From the NCBI GenBank assembly GCA_963782525.1, contig CAWAKC010000003.1:32001-96000 (forward strand): DNA of 64,000 bases, written 5' to 3'. The position numbers and the translations under genes were made by a program. This DNA is from Candidatus Bathyarchaeota archaeon. Lineage in GTDB: Archaea; Thermoproteota; Bathyarchaeia; Bathyarchaeales; Bathycorpusculaceae. Of this stretch, positions 1 through 11,132 are shown piece after piece (the stretch's first letter is position 1; the number at the start of each line of letters is the position of its first letter). The notes beneath the pieces were generated by a model that saw only the letters and a program-made list of their open reading frames with translations, was not told where the DNA came from and ran no database searches.

Positions 1-264
1 ACAACCCAAAGATTCAGACAGAACTCAACAGTAACCACTTACTGGTTTAAAGAATTTGAGCCATTAAGAGACGCTGATGCTTCCACAAATATGCTCCTCA
101 AAGAGATGGGTTTTGCCTTTTGTTATAGCATCCTAATCGACGCCTTAGTCGTGCGAACCTATCTGGTGCCTGCTGTGATGTCGACGTTTGGAAAATGGAA
201 TTGGTACAACCTCATAAAACGCCCTCAAAGACTCAAAGAAATAGGAGGCTCAAAAACCGCATAA
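1..264 (+). pseudogene. C-terminal remnant of an MMPL/RND-family membrane transporter
   Basis: Frame 1 reads NMLLKEMGFAFCYSILIDALVVRTYLVPAVMSTFGKWNW, the typical last helix of MMPL proteins. The in-frame sequence upstream of ~85 is not hydrophobic, suggesting a frameshift or truncation. Confidence 0.55.
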
Positions 265-352
265 GCAACTTGGGAAAGGCAAACCTCCCAAGCAACATTT
301 TAATAATCCACCCAACCTTTTGCGATAAAAAAGCTCAGTCAGATGTTGATTT

Positions 353-2056
353 ATGGTACAGTACAAATGGGTTGCATTATCGAACACGACTCTTGGCATG
401 CTGATGGCTTCCATCGACATGACCATCGTTTTAATTGCGATGCCATCGATTTTTAGAGGCATAAACATTGACCCCTTCACATCTTTCCAGTACCTGCTCT
501 GGATAATGTTCGGCTACAGCATCGTCACAGCGACCCTGCTGGTTACTTTCGGCAGGTTATCTGACATGTTTGGTCGAGTTAAACTCTACAACTTAGGCTT
601 CCTCATCTTTACTATAGGTTCAATCCTGCTATTCCTGACGCCCAGCACAGGCGACGCTGGAGCCATCGAGCTGATAGCTTTCAGAATCGTCCAAGGCGTA
701 GGTGCTGCGTTTCTTTTCTCCAACAGCGGAGCAATCATAACTGATGCGTTCCCAGCAAACGAACGAGGCAAAGCCCTAGGAATCAACCAACTAGCTTTCC
801 TCGCAGGCTCACTCATTGGCTTAGTCTTAGGCGGCGTCTTAGCGGTTTTCGATTGGAGACTGGTCTTTTTAGTCAGCGTTCCCGTCGGAATCATCGGCAC
901 AATCTGGTCTTACTGGAAACTTAAAGAACAAAACATTGTACGCAAAAAACAAAAGATGGATGTTTGGGGCAACATAAGCTTCGGCGCAGGCTTAACACTG
1001 ATCCTTATAGGCATAACATATGGGTTGACGCCTTATGGTTCATCTCCGATGGGCTGGGGCAATCCATGGGTAGTTGGTTCACTTCTCAGTGGAGCCGCCT
1101 TACTGTTTGCGTTTCCCTTCATCGAAAAACACGTGGAGCAGCCATTGTTCAACTTGGACCTGTTCAAGAACAGGGAGTTCGCAACCGCAAACATTGCAAC
1201 TTTCCTAAGCTCCATCTCAAGAGGGGGCGTCATGGTTATGCTTGTCGTGCTCCTTCAGGGCATCTGGCTTCCTCTTCATGGCTACAGTTACGATTCTACA
1301 CCTTTCTGGGCGGGCATCTTCATGCTTCCAATGTCAATAGGCATAGCGCTCACTGGTCCTTTGAGCGGCTGGTTATCTGACAAACATGGTGCAAGGGTTC
1401 TTGCGACCGCTGGCATGGTAATTACAGGCGTAGGGTTTCTGGTTTTCACGTTATTGCCTTCGAACTTTGAATACTTGCCCTTTGCTCTAATTCTCCTTGT
1501 CTTAGGCATTGGCAACGGCATCTTCATGTCACCTAACATGGCTTCAGTTATGAATTCTTGTCCGCCAGAACATAGAGGCGCAGCCTCAGGAATGCGCTCA
1601 ACCCTGCAGAACTGCGGCCAAACCATCAGCCAAGCAATCTTCTTTGCCATAATTATAATTTCTCTCAACGCCACGCTACCTGTTGCGCTTTCTACTGCAG
1701 TATCTAACACTGGCGCTTCACCACAGATTGCATCAGCATTCAGCCATACCCCCGCGGCTGGGGCACTCTTCGGCGCTTTCTTAGGATACAACCCCATTGA
1801 AACAATGCTGCATGGCATGGGTTCAATAACTGCAGCGCTGCCTCAAAGTACACTAACTACTCTGACAAGCCAAACCTTCTTTCCCAACGCTATTGCATCG
1901 CCGTTCATGACAGCTCTAACAACAGCTTTCATATTTGCTGCAATCTTGTGTTTCTTAGCGGCTGCGTTTTCAGGGTTAAGAGGCAAAAAAACCGCTTGTT
2001 TCGAGACTGGAAAGGTTGAGGAAAAAGCTGTAATTGAGTCCACTGTGGAAGTATAG
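353..2056 (+). CDS. MFS transporter, DHA2 (EmrB/QacA-like) drug:H+ antiporter
   Basis: About 14 hydrophobic segments, motif A GRLSDMFGRVK, and FRIVQGVG. Confidence 0.9.
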   Translation: MVQYKWVALSNTTLGMLMASIDMTIVLIAMPSIFRGINIDPFTSFQYLLWIMFGYSIVTATLLVTFGRLSDMFGRVKLYNLGFLIFTIGSILLFLTPSTGDAGAIELIAFRIVQGVGAAFLFSNSGAIITDAFPANERGKALGINQLAFLAGSLIGLVLGGVLAVFDWRLVFLVSVPVGIIGTIWSYWKLKEQNIVRKKQKMDVWGNISFGAGLTLILIGITYGLTPYGSSPMGWGNPWVVGSLLSGAALLFAFPFIEKHVEQPLFNLDLFKNREFATANIATFLSSISRGGVMVMLVVLLQGIWLPLHGYSYDSTPFWAGIFMLPMSIGIALTGPLSGWLSDKHGARVLATAGMVITGVGFLVFTLLPSNFEYLPFALILLVLGIGNGIFMSPNMASVMNSCPPEHRGAASGMRSTLQNCGQTISQAIFFAIIIISLNATLPVALSTAVSNTGASPQIASAFSHTPAAGALFGAFLGYNPIETMLHGMGSITAALPQSTLTTLTSQTFFPNAIASPFMTALTTAFIFAAILCFLAAAFSGLRGKKTACFETGKVEEKAVIESTVEV

Positions 2057-2129
2057 GCAGACAGCGCGTTTCTTTGAGCCTATTTTTCTTTTAATAACTT
2101 CTGAACTCTGCTTTTAGCCGCTTGCATTC

Positions 2130-2335
2130 TAATAGAAGAAGAAAAACACATTTCCTACAGAATTGTCGTCCTTCTTTTTTCAAACAACTACAAAGTCAAT
2201 TCTTAACTAATAGAAGAAGACAGTGACCTGCAAACAACGCTGTCTTCTTCTTTCAAACTTAAATCAAATTTCCCCCGAGACATCAGTTAACTTGTAGAAG
2301 AAGAAATAGGGTAAATTTTCCAACTTTCTTCTTCT
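2130..2335. repeat. Three tandem inverted repeats with shared AGAAGAAGA/TCTTCTTCT arms
   Basis: 2212-2223 agaagaagacag pairs with 2240-2251. 2296-2306 agaagaagaaa pairs with 2325-2335. A degenerate copy lies at 2130-2185. The array sits between convergent genes. Confidence 0.7.
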
Positions 2336-2452
2336 TTTAGTTCAGATTCTGGTCGATGGGACACTAACAATTGAGGAAATGCACGTGTTTTTCTGCCAAT
2401 TATCAGTTATGTCTAAAGTGCCTCTGAATATTTTCCAAAGGAACGTAGATTG

Positions 2453-4975
2453 TTATTTGCGTTTTTTTATTAGGACAACGACCAAAAATAGTACCGCTAA
2501 CATAATCAAAATCATGACTGCTTCCAGATTTTCAGGAATTGCTGAAGGGTTAGTATATGGTAAACTTGTGGGGGTTGGAGAAGAGGGTGGTGAAGATGGA
2601 GCTGAAAATGGGGAAATGGTCGTTGCAGGTGAGAGAGTTGGGTTTGTGGGTTCGGGTGATGGAGACGGCGTGGGGGTTTGTGTGGGAGTTGGAGAAGAGA
2701 TTGATGTTGGCGTTTGGGTTGCTGTAGGTTGTAGCGCTTCAAGAGTCAACGTGTAATTGAATGTTGATGTTAAACCTGCATTGTTCATGAATTGGACAAA
2801 CACTGTTTTTTGGCCATCTCCGCCTTGTAGAGTCCACGTTTTCGATGATGAATATGGCTCCCAATTTGACCAGGATGAGTTATCGTTTGAGAACCGCATT
2901 TGTGCAATTCCTGTGGTGGCATCGGTTGCTGATAAAGTCAGCGTAATTATTGGAGTTTCAGTGACTGAAGGTGTTGTTATGTTTCCTGTTGGGGGAGTCT
3001 TGTCTATCTGAATTCCTGTTATGGTCACGTGTGGAAGTTCATTGAGACCTGACCCGTAAATGTTCCATGTACACCAGTATTCGAGCGTGTTATTGCTGCC
3101 CTCTGTTGTTATCGTTGGTTCCCCGTTAGCTGTAACATTGAAAATTGGTCCCCCATTTATACTGTAAAAGGTTTCATTCACAGCAAAGTCAGGAGTAAGG
3201 TTTATGGTAATGTCGGATGCGTGCCATCCGTTCACGTAATCGTTGGCAACCGTTGGCAAGCGGGTCAAATTAACGCAGAAATTACTGTTTCCATCGTTTA
3301 TTGTAATTGTGTGTTGACCTGCAGTTGTAGTAGGCACAATGAAGGTTGTGTTGAAAAACCCGTTGTTGTCGGTGGGTATTATCCCCAAGTTAGTTGTGTT
3401 GTCCCATAACAGTGAAACGCTGCCAGGATCGAACCATTCACCAGAAAAAAGTAGAGCATCGCCGTTTTGGACAAATACGCTGGTTGCCAAATTAGTGCTG
3501 TTTCCGAATAGTCCTTGCGCAGTTACGTTTCCTACCAGCGATAGGCCGCGTCTCCATTCCGCAAATGGAACAACGGTATTGTAAGTGCGACCATTGCTGT
3601 TATCTTGAACTCTGAAAACAATGTTGTCGAAGGCTGCCTGGTGATCGCCTGCAGTGTTGTTTTGGGCTAAATCCGGTGCGTTCATGCTGTAAGTAAAGTT
3701 TTCGGATGTAAGATTGTAGTTGTTGATTATAGGGGTCCAGCCGTTGGTTACTGGGTTTAGGTACGAAATGTTTACTGAGCCCCCAGAAGTGAAGCCGACT
3801 CCGTTGAGAATTATTGCCCCGTTAGGTGGACCGGAAGAGGGAAACACATCAAGAGAGGTCCCAAACCTATACGTAAGAGGGCTACCAAGCCCTGTTACCA
3901 AATCGTAGCCTTGGTTTGCAGAGTTAACTTTGTTGGATCCTTGGGTTATATCTCGGAAGTAAGTTTGATAGGATGAGTTTGCTTTACTATAAAGGTTAAT
4001 GTTTGTGGCGGATTGTCCGAGCGCTTGAATGGCTGCCCACTGAGGTGCCCCAGCGCTTGTGCCGCCAACAATCCACCATGTGCCGTTATAAACTGAGACA
4101 CCTGTTGAAGGGTTTGCGTTATAAGAGACATCGGGAACTACCCGATTTGGATAGTTTAATCCAAAGTTTGTTTGATAATTAGGCCTGGCAATGTAGTGAC
4201 TCACTCCTCCACTACTGCCAACCCAAGCAGTTTCAGAAGATACTGAGCCGTTTGGGTAAAAATATAGCGATGTTCCTCCTACACTAACAACGTTCGCTGA
4301 AGAAGCCGGCCACATTACACTTGAGCCATCATCACCTGATGAAGCGAAAAAGGTGATGCCGGGTTTGTTGAAATGACTTTCATAGAAGGTTTGGAATGAT
4401 GATTCGTTTCCTCCCCAACTCATCGAAACTGCAACTACGCCTGGCTGACTTGCCGCGTAATCAACAGCTGATAGAAGCGCAAAATTGGACGCGGAAGTAG
4501 CTTCAACTAGAAGTATCATTGCGTTGGGAGCTATGGCATGAGCCCATTCTACATCTAAACAAGTTTCCAATGACCAACCATTATCGACTTGTAAATTTGG
4601 AGCCATCTTATGGACAAAAAAGTTGCTTGTCGAGTTGTCTGGAAGCCCATATTGACTTGAAAAAGTGTTGTAGTAATCTAGTATGTTTGGCGTGTCAAAT
4701 GCGTCAACTATGGCGATTGTAGTGTTGGCGCCTCCTGATGAGGGCAAGTTATAAGCTGATCTCATCTGTTCAGGCGAATATCCATGCGGACTAGATGAAC
4801 CTGCAAATGGAGAAATATACATGGGGTGAGCCACCCAATCGTTCTGATCTTTTTGTGTAGCCAAAAAGGCTCCAGATGGAACAAAGTAAGCAATCATAAA
4901 CATTGAACATGTAACGAATACTAGAATTCGAGCTACTTGTATTCGATTCACTTTAGCTGGTTTCCCTTTTTTCAT
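2453..4975 (-). CDS. Secreted, membrane-anchored S53 (sedolisin/kumamolisin-like) protease
   Basis: Signal peptide; motifs ETCLDVE, SSGDDG, GGTSAGAP and GYDLVTGLGSP; beta-rich domains; P/T/S linker; IPE + TM + KKRK tail. Confidence 0.85.
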   Translation of the reverse strand: MKKGKPAKVNRIQVARILVFVTCSMFMIAYFVPSGAFLATQKDQNDWVAHPMYISPFAGSSSPHGYSPEQMRSAYNLPSSGGANTTIAIVDAFDTPNILDYYNTFSSQYGLPDNSTSNFFVHKMAPNLQVDNGWSLETCLDVEWAHAIAPNAMILLVEATSASNFALLSAVDYAASQPGVVAVSMSWGGNESSFQTFYESHFNKPGITFFASSGDDGSSVMWPASSANVVSVGGTSLYFYPNGSVSSETAWVGSSGGVSHYIARPNYQTNFGLNYPNRVVPDVSYNANPSTGVSVYNGTWWIVGGTSAGAPQWAAIQALGQSATNINLYSKANSSYQTYFRDITQGSNKVNSANQGYDLVTGLGSPLTYRFGTSLDVFPSSGPPNGAIILNGVGFTSGGSVNISYLNPVTNGWTPIINNYNLTSENFTYSMNAPDLAQNNTAGDHQAAFDNIVFRVQDNSNGRTYNTVVPFAEWRRGLSLVGNVTAQGLFGNSTNLATSVFVQNGDALLFSGEWFDPGSVSLLWDNTTNLGIIPTDNNGFFNTTFIVPTTTAGQHTITINDGNSNFCVNLTRLPTVANDYVNGWHASDITINLTPDFAVNETFYSINGGPIFNVTANGEPTITTEGSNNTLEYWCTWNIYGSGLNELPHVTITGIQIDKTPPTGNITTPSVTETPIITLTLSATDATTGIAQMRFSNDNSSWSNWEPYSSSKTWTLQGGDGQKTVFVQFMNNAGLTSTFNYTLTLEALQPTATQTPTSISSPTPTQTPTPSPSPEPTNPTLSPATTISPFSAPSSPPSSPTPTSLPYTNPSAIPENLEAVMILIMLAVLFLVVVLIKKRK

Positions 4976-5153
4976 TCACAGAGGATACGTTAGTAACTGA
5001 TATTGGCTTATGTGGTTGGTTATTTCATTTATGGTTTGTCAATCAAACTTATCAAGCATTGTGAGAGCATTTGGGATCTAAAAATCCATCAATTGCACCG
5101 CAGCCATAGTGGGATGAAAAAAGCTTCAAAAGAGTAATCCAAGTTTTTAGATT

Positions 5154-6377
5154 TCAAACTTTCATTTTTGTTTTAATAGGCAGTTTTACTTTAAACGTTG
5201 TTCCCTTATTCACAGCTGTTTTCGCCGTTATCGCGCCCCCATGTGCCTCCACGATGCGTTTGCATATGGCTAAGCCTAAGCCTATTCCTTTGGTTTTTGT
5301 AGTGACAAGCGGTGTAAAAATTTTAGAAAGCAATTCTTCCGTCATTCCAATTCCTGTATCTGTAAAAGTGAATTCCAAATACTGTCCTTCTTGAGAACTT
5401 GCTATTTTGAGTTCTCCACCGTTGGGCATTGCTTCAAGAGCATTATTTACAAGATTAATGAACACTCTCTCGATTTTGTTAACATCAACGGAGATTAAAG
5501 GAAATGCTTGAACTCTCTCTGATACTTTAACATTCTTTGGCAATGCAATCGTATACAACAAGTTTACTATTAGTGATTTAGGAGAGTACTCTTCAAGATC
5601 CAAATGCATCTCTCTGCTAAAATCAAGTAAATCATTAACAATTTTATTTGCTTTTTCTACCGATTTTTCAATAACCGTCAGCATTTCTTTGCCGGTATCA
5701 TCCATTACAATATCTTGCTTCTTTCTAAGATAATATGTTGCATTGTTGATACCTGTGAGAGGACTGCGGAGATCGTGACCAACCATTCCTGCCATTTCAC
5801 CGATAGCTGCTAAACGCTCAGTTTTCAGGAGACGCTCTTGGGCTTCAACTAACTCCTTTGTTCTTTCTTGAACGGTAAACTCCAATCCTTGCGAATACTC
5901 CTCAATTTTTTTGCTAAGTTCTTTTTGTTCAGTAATATTTTCAAATACGGCCGCAAAATAACCCTTTTGAGGACTATATACCGAAATAGACAGCCAAATG
6001 CCCAAAGGCTTAAACTCCATTTCAAAACGTTGATTCTTTCCCGATAAAGCTACGCTACCATATATTTCAAAGAGTTCTGGATGAGCTTCCTTTGTTCCTG
6101 GTATTGCTTGACTGACAAGCTTTCCGAGAACATTTGACCTTTTTAGCCCCGTTAATTTTTCAAAAGCATCATTAATCTCCAGGTAAACAAAATCTTTTGG
6201 CTTGTTTTCGTCGTCAAAAGACATCTTACAGTATGCAAAGCCTTCTGTCATGTTTTCAAATAACAATCGATTTTTTTCTTCACTTTGTCTTAATGCTTCT
6301 TCAACTTGACTATGATTGGCTCTTAATTTGGAATTGAAAATGATTATAGTGTCCTTTTGTTTTTGCCAATCCTCCAA
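5154..6377 (-). CDS. PAS-domain sensor histidine kinase
   Basis: PAS domain, H-box GHDLRSPL, N-box NLVNNA, G boxes DTGIG and GIGLGL. Confidence 0.9.
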   Translation of the reverse strand: MEDWQKQKDTIIIFNSKLRANHSQVEEALRQSEEKNRLLFENMTEGFAYCKMSFDDENKPKDFVYLEINDAFEKLTGLKRSNVLGKLVSQAIPGTKEAHPELFEIYGSVALSGKNQRFEMEFKPLGIWLSISVYSPQKGYFAAVFENITEQKELSKKIEEYSQGLEFTVQERTKELVEAQERLLKTERLAAIGEMAGMVGHDLRSPLTGINNATYYLRKKQDIVMDDTGKEMLTVIEKSVEKANKIVNDLLDFSREMHLDLEEYSPKSLIVNLLYTIALPKNVKVSERVQAFPLISVDVNKIERVFINLVNNALEAMPNGGELKIASSQEGQYLEFTFTDTGIGMTEELLSKIFTPLVTTKTKGIGLGLAICKRIVEAHGGAITAKTAVNKGTTFKVKLPIKTKMKV

Positions 6378-6581
6378 TCTAAGACCCCTTGTAATTTAGA
6401 CGATTTTTTTATTGATGGAAAATCGAAAATAAAGCCTTTGTGAATCTTAAATAATCATTTTACAAGCTAAGATAGAAAAGTCTTGCGTTGAAAACAGGGA
6501 TAACATTCAAGTTCGAATTTGAAAAACCTTGGTTATTTAAATATGAAAAATAAAAAAACATGTGTTAATGCTTAATTCATA

Positions 6582-7022
6582 TTAACTTAGAGCTCTAGCT
6601 CTTGATTCTATAAATTCTGCGACTTTCTTCTCACCAAAAGTCTTTTCTTGTTTTTGCAATGATAGTTGTTCTCGAATGGTATCTAAGAGTTTTTCGATGT
6701 CTACGGGTTTGATGAGATAAGCATCTGCTTTCTGGTTTAGAGCTAAAATGGCGTTTTGCTGTGAAGGGAAACCAGTTACCATTATCTTCCGGATCTTAGG
6801 AACTGTATCACGCATTTTGGACAGCAGTTCTATACCTTCCATATCTGGAAGCTTGATGTCTAGTAACGCAACGTTGTAGGTGGAATCTTGTGTTTTTCTA
6901 ATAGCCTCACGTCCACTTGCCGCCAAATCGACCTCAAAGCCTTCATCGAGAAGTATGGCAAGAACAGTTTTTCGGATGTTCTCATCGTCGTCAACAACTA
7001 AAATTCTAACTGGATTATCCAA
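6582..7022 (-). CDS. Response regulator receiver protein
   Basis: ILVVDDD, LLDIKLPDMEG, YLIKP. Confidence 0.92.
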   Translation of the reverse strand: MDNPVRILVVDDDENIRKTVLAILLDEGFEVDLAASGREAIRKTQDSTYNVALLDIKLPDMEGIELLSKMRDTVPKIRKIMVTGFPSQQNAILALNQKADAYLIKPVDIEKLLDTIREQLSLQKQEKTFGEKKVAEFIESRARALS

Positions 7023-8952
7023 TCTTATTCACCTCCCGTACAAAATCTTGATTAATTGGCAATGTAACCTTGAAAGTTGTTCCTTCACCTAACTTACTTG
7101 TAACCTTGATTTTTCCGCAATGTGCTTCAACCAACCGTTTGCAAATCGCCAATCCAAATCCCATACCTTGCGCTTTTGTTGTAACTAATGGTGTGAAGAG
7201 TTTTGCTTTGGTTTCTTCAGAAATACCTACACCTGAGTCGATAAAAGAAAATTCCACGAAGGACTCAGTTTGTAGGCTTTTTATTTCCAAGGTTCCTTTT
7301 TCTGGAATTGCATCAATTCCATTTTTGATAAGATTCATAAAAACTCTTTTGATTGAACCTACATCAGCTCTGAATGAAGGTGTGCTTTGTGTATTATCGA
7401 CAATTATTATACGATTTGGGACTTCAAGCGTAGACAAGGCGTCCAACAAGGCTGCTTTAGGGGTGGTCTCCGAAATTTCTAACTTTATGTTCTTTGAATA
7501 ATCTAGGAGATCGCCGATGATCTTGTTTGCATGTTCAATTGATGACTCGATTATGCTAAACATTTCATTTTTAGATTCGCTGGGGCAATCGGCTTCTTTC
7601 TTTTTCAAATAATAAACAGCGTTTTTTATTCCAGAAAGTGGGTTCCGAAGATCATGTCCTACCATTCCAGCCATTTCGCCTATGGCGGCAAGTCTTTCAG
7701 TCTTGACAAGTTGGTTTTGGGCTTCTTTAAGTTCGCCTGTTCTCATAGCAACCGTTTCTTCTAAGCTTTTGGAATAATCTTGAAGCTTCTGTTGAATTTG
7801 TTTTTTCTCGGTGACATCGCGGACAATACTTACCCCAAAAAATGTCCCATTCATTTGAAGTTGCGCATAAGAGATTTCTACAGGGAATGCTGTACCATCT
7901 TTTTTGATGGCGGTTCTTTCAATAATTCTAGTAGATTCAGTCTTGGGTTGATTCTCGATGAACTCTTTCATCATAGGCATTACCGCAGACACATTCTCTT
8001 GAGGTAGTAGGCAGGAAATGGGTTTGCCAATTATTTGGTTGTGAGTGTATCCGAATAGTCTTTGGGCAGCCGGGTTCCAAAAGGATACGTTAAGTTTATT
8101 ATCTATTACAATTATGGCATCCATTGCAGCCTCCATCGTTGCTCGGAATCTTTCTTCACTCTCACTCAAAGTCTGTTCCATTTTCTTACGTTCTGTTATG
8201 GGAACCGCAAGTTCTAAGGCGGCAATAATTCGACCGGTCTTATCTTTTATTGGAGTTGCTGTCAACTCTATCCAAATCAGGTCATTTTCGTTTCTTCTTT
8301 GACAGTATTCGTGGGAATCAGTTTCAACCCCATCTTCAAAAACTTTCCGAACGCCACAATCGCTGCAAAGCGTGTTAGAATGGTTAAAAACGGAAAAGCA
8401 ATACTCGTTTTCCAAGCGGTATTTTGAATTGAGAGTTTTATTGGCCCACAAAACATGGTAATCTCGGCTAATAAGTATGAGACCTGCGTCCAAGTTTTCA
8501 GTCACAGCCTCAAGCATATCTCTTTCCTGTCGGAGTGCGTCCTCGATTTGCTTGCTTTCGGTGATGTCTCTGAAAATACCTTGGACAAGTCTTTTACCAT
8601 TTATCTCGAACACGCTGGATTTAATTGAAACATCTCGAAGATTTCCTTCCTTGGTTATGATTTGGGTTTGCCGAACGCTACTGCCTATGTTTTGGCTGAG
8701 CCTTTTGAAGGCTTTGTTTACTCCTGCTTCGTTTTCTTTTTCGGGATACAGAATTCCATTGTGTTTGCCAATTATTTCTTGACGTGGTCTATTTACCAGT
8801 TGTTGTGCTTTTTTGTTGCAATCGATTATTTTTCCGGTTTTAGCTTCACTTACAAAAATAGCCTCAACTGCTTCTTCGAATAGTGTTTTGTATTTTTCTC
8901 CCGGTTCAATAAGTGCATCAGGTATAGACTTTCTTTTGTTCTGTATCAGCAA
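7015..8952 (-). CDS. Three-PAS sensor histidine kinase
   Basis: Three PAS repeats (one Cys-rich), GHDLRNPL, DSGVG, GMGFGL. Confidence 0.9.
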   Translation of the reverse strand: MLIQNKRKSIPDALIEPGEKYKTLFEEAVEAIFVSEAKTGKIIDCNKKAQQLVNRPRQEIIGKHNGILYPEKENEAGVNKAFKRLSQNIGSSVRQTQIITKEGNLRDVSIKSSVFEINGKRLVQGIFRDITESKQIEDALRQERDMLEAVTENLDAGLILISRDYHVLWANKTLNSKYRLENEYCFSVFNHSNTLCSDCGVRKVFEDGVETDSHEYCQRRNENDLIWIELTATPIKDKTGRIIAALELAVPITERKKMEQTLSESEERFRATMEAAMDAIIVIDNKLNVSFWNPAAQRLFGYTHNQIIGKPISCLLPQENVSAVMPMMKEFIENQPKTESTRIIERTAIKKDGTAFPVEISYAQLQMNGTFFGVSIVRDVTEKKQIQQKLQDYSKSLEETVAMRTGELKEAQNQLVKTERLAAIGEMAGMVGHDLRNPLSGIKNAVYYLKKKEADCPSESKNEMFSIIESSIEHANKIIGDLLDYSKNIKLEISETTPKAALLDALSTLEVPNRIIIVDNTQSTPSFRADVGSIKRVFMNLIKNGIDAIPEKGTLEIKSLQTESFVEFSFIDSGVGISEETKAKLFTPLVTTKAQGMGFGLAICKRLVEAHCGKIKVTSKLGEGTTFKVTLPINQDFVREVNKIG

Positions 8953-9328
8953 ATAAGACCCCCATTTTGCAGATTTCTCCAGCTTTTTGAATACTTTGCC
9001 TTTTCAACCTAACATAGGACTCGAATGTTAATTCAGGAACTATCCAATCAGGTTCATTCCACTCATGTATTGTTTTAGTTTTTGTTTGAAGTTTTTTCAT
9101 AAAACTTATTTCGAGAAGCTTGGCCCCCTCGCCAAGAAGTTTTCCGAGCGCATCTGAAAAGCCAGAAAGATTATCAGGAATTTTTTTTCTACTAATTCCA
9201 AAGTCCTTCCATAGATGAAAATAGATTTCATCCTTTGGAGTTTCACCTAAAAAAGAAAGAACTTCATCAATCGTTTCAAGTACAATGGCATCTAAATCTT
9301 GACTTGTTTCAGCTTTTTTTTGTTTCAA
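8918..9328 (-). CDS. Stand-alone NitrOD5/DUF3227-like archaeal signalling domain protein
   Basis: Pattern LETIDEVLSFLGE..IYFHL..IP...FSDALGKLLGEGAKLLE. First gene of the kinase/receiver operon. Confidence 0.65.
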   Translation of the reverse strand: MKQKKAETSQDLDAIVLETIDEVLSFLGETPKDEIYFHLWKDFGISRKKIPDNLSGFSDALGKLLGEGAKLLEISFMKKLQTKTKTIHEWNEPDWIVPELTFESYVRLKRQSIQKAGEICKMGVLFADTEQKKVYT

Positions 9329-10100
9329 GATTTTTAACTCCGTAATCGGTATGATTTCAATATTGAGATGGGTAACCTGGAGGAAGGTCTAAAGTAATTA
9401 ACTTTATGAACTCATAGCAGAGCGAAATTAGTCAGTTGACATTTCAGAAATGTTTTCTCTTTTGTTTTGTAAGTTACGTTTGTGACAAAAAAGGGACTTA
9501 AATTGGGCTTTCGCGCCAAAGGCGTTAATGATTACGCCACTGAAATGATCCTGTTCCTCAACAGGTTTGATGAGGAATAAGCTTACTTAACCGAAAACAA
9601 TGGGAGAAGTATTGGCTGTCGCTTACGCAGTTTGGGTATATTAGTCAATTGCCGATAAAACGGGATTAGAAGCTGTCCAAATCATAATCAAACTTGCAAG
9701 GGAAAGTTCGCATTCTACAAAAAAGAAAAAGATCTATTTTAGATATTGTAGGAAAATTTGCAGCGGACAAAAATCTCCGGTACTTTGGTTTGATTGATTT
9801 GACGAAAAAATGCTTAAACCTGAAGTGGAAAAAACCAGCAATCTGTTTGGTGTTTTGACGATTCTTTTTTTAAGGAAACTGAGGGTTTTCGCTCAATTGA
9901 TTTTCAATTGCCCATTTTATGGGAATGCAGAAGGGGCAAAATTGCGCTGTCTATCACCAAAATTTTGCGCCTCTTGATTTCCATTATTATATGAACCTAT
10001 CATCTCTATTTCAAAATTACTATATTTGTTAATAAAATGTTGTGTTTGTATCGAGAGATAAGTATATGGTAAAGTTAGCTTCATTATGGGCCAGGGGTAG

Positions 10101-10424
10101 ATGCTTCAAATGAAATCAACATCGCTGGAGAGAGAATTCAATTTCCGGAAAGATGAACCTAGAAAGAGCCACTCCAAATCTAAGCTTGAACAATATTTTG
10201 ATATTCTTGATGTTTTGGCTGACAGTGGTCCGCTTAAACTCGTGGTGATTATGCAACAAATTGAATTCAACTGTGCGATGGTGATAGAAGATTTGAGTTT
10301 TTTGGTTAAGCAGAATTTGGTTGATGAAATGAGCAACAATCGACAATCAATTTATTCTATAACTGCGCAAGGTGAAAGGGTTGTAAGGTTTTTTAAAAAA
10401 CCCTCTTTACATCCACGATTTTAA
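10101..10424 (+). CDS. ArnR1-like winged-helix transcriptional regulator
   Basis: SKLEQYFDIL...GPLKL...YSITAQG. Clear paralog of 60133..60426. Confidence 0.75.
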   Translation: MLQMKSTSLEREFNFRKDEPRKSHSKSKLEQYFDILDVLADSGPLKLVVIMQQIEFNCAMVIEDLSFLVKQNLVDEMSNNRQSIYSITAQGERVVRFFKKPSLHPRF

Positions 10425-10472
10425 ATTAACTGTCTTTAGATTCTTCAATTGTTGGCTTGCGTCTAAATTGCG

Positions 10473-10973
10473 TCAGTACCTAGTTTTTATTATCTGCGTT
10501 ATTTTCTCTTCAATTTTCGTTTGGTCCTCAAAGGGTGAATAATTCATTTTTTCCCAAGCAAAACCCACGGATACATGGATGGCTTCTGCGTTTAATTCTT
10601 CAAGGCAAGCTCTTATGTCTTGGATTATTTCGCCTTCTTTGCCTCTAGCGCAAAAAATTACAAGTATCAGGTTGTGTTCTCCATATGTTCGCCAAAGAAA
10701 TCTGACATGACTGTTACTCGCTAATATTTTGATGGCTTTGTCCATTATTGTTTGTGGGATTGTGACTCCAATTGTTATTGGTGTGATATCCATTTGTTCC
10801 AAGTTTACAACGCAATTAAGTACGTTTTTGATAATCCCTCTGTTTTCAAGAGCAGATATTCTTCGGTAAACAGTATTTCGGGTGACGTTACAGGTATTCG
10901 CTAATTCTTCATAGGAACTTGTTCCAGCGCTTAGTTGTTGCAGTATTCTTTTGTCTAACTCGTCAAGAGCCAT
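10473..10973 (-). CDS. Lrp/AsnC family transcriptional regulator
   Basis: LDELDKRILQQL...SYEELA...TVYRRISALENRGII followed by a RAM-like domain. Confidence 0.88.
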   Translation of the reverse strand: MALDELDKRILQQLSAGTSSYEELANTCNVTRNTVYRRISALENRGIIKNVLNCVVNLEQMDITPITIGVTIPQTIMDKAIKILASNSHVRFLWRTYGEHNLILVIFCARGKEGEIIQDIRACLEELNAEAIHVSVGFAWEKMNYSPFEDQTKIEEKITQIIKTRY

Positions 10974-11132
10974 ACATGATTACCTATCTGTGTTATCGGT
11001 AGATTTAAGTTATAAGACGTTGTTGGTGGAAGTTCTACCCAACAGCAGAACAATCTAACAGTACAACATCAATGGATTATGACAATACTTAAATTACGAA
11101 TAAAGTACAATCAGTCTGTTCTGAATGGTTGA

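Noticed and set aside
586-2043. Short ORFs overlapping the MFS gene, and similar overlaps across the window
   Set aside because: They overlap well-supported longer genes and carry no motifs.
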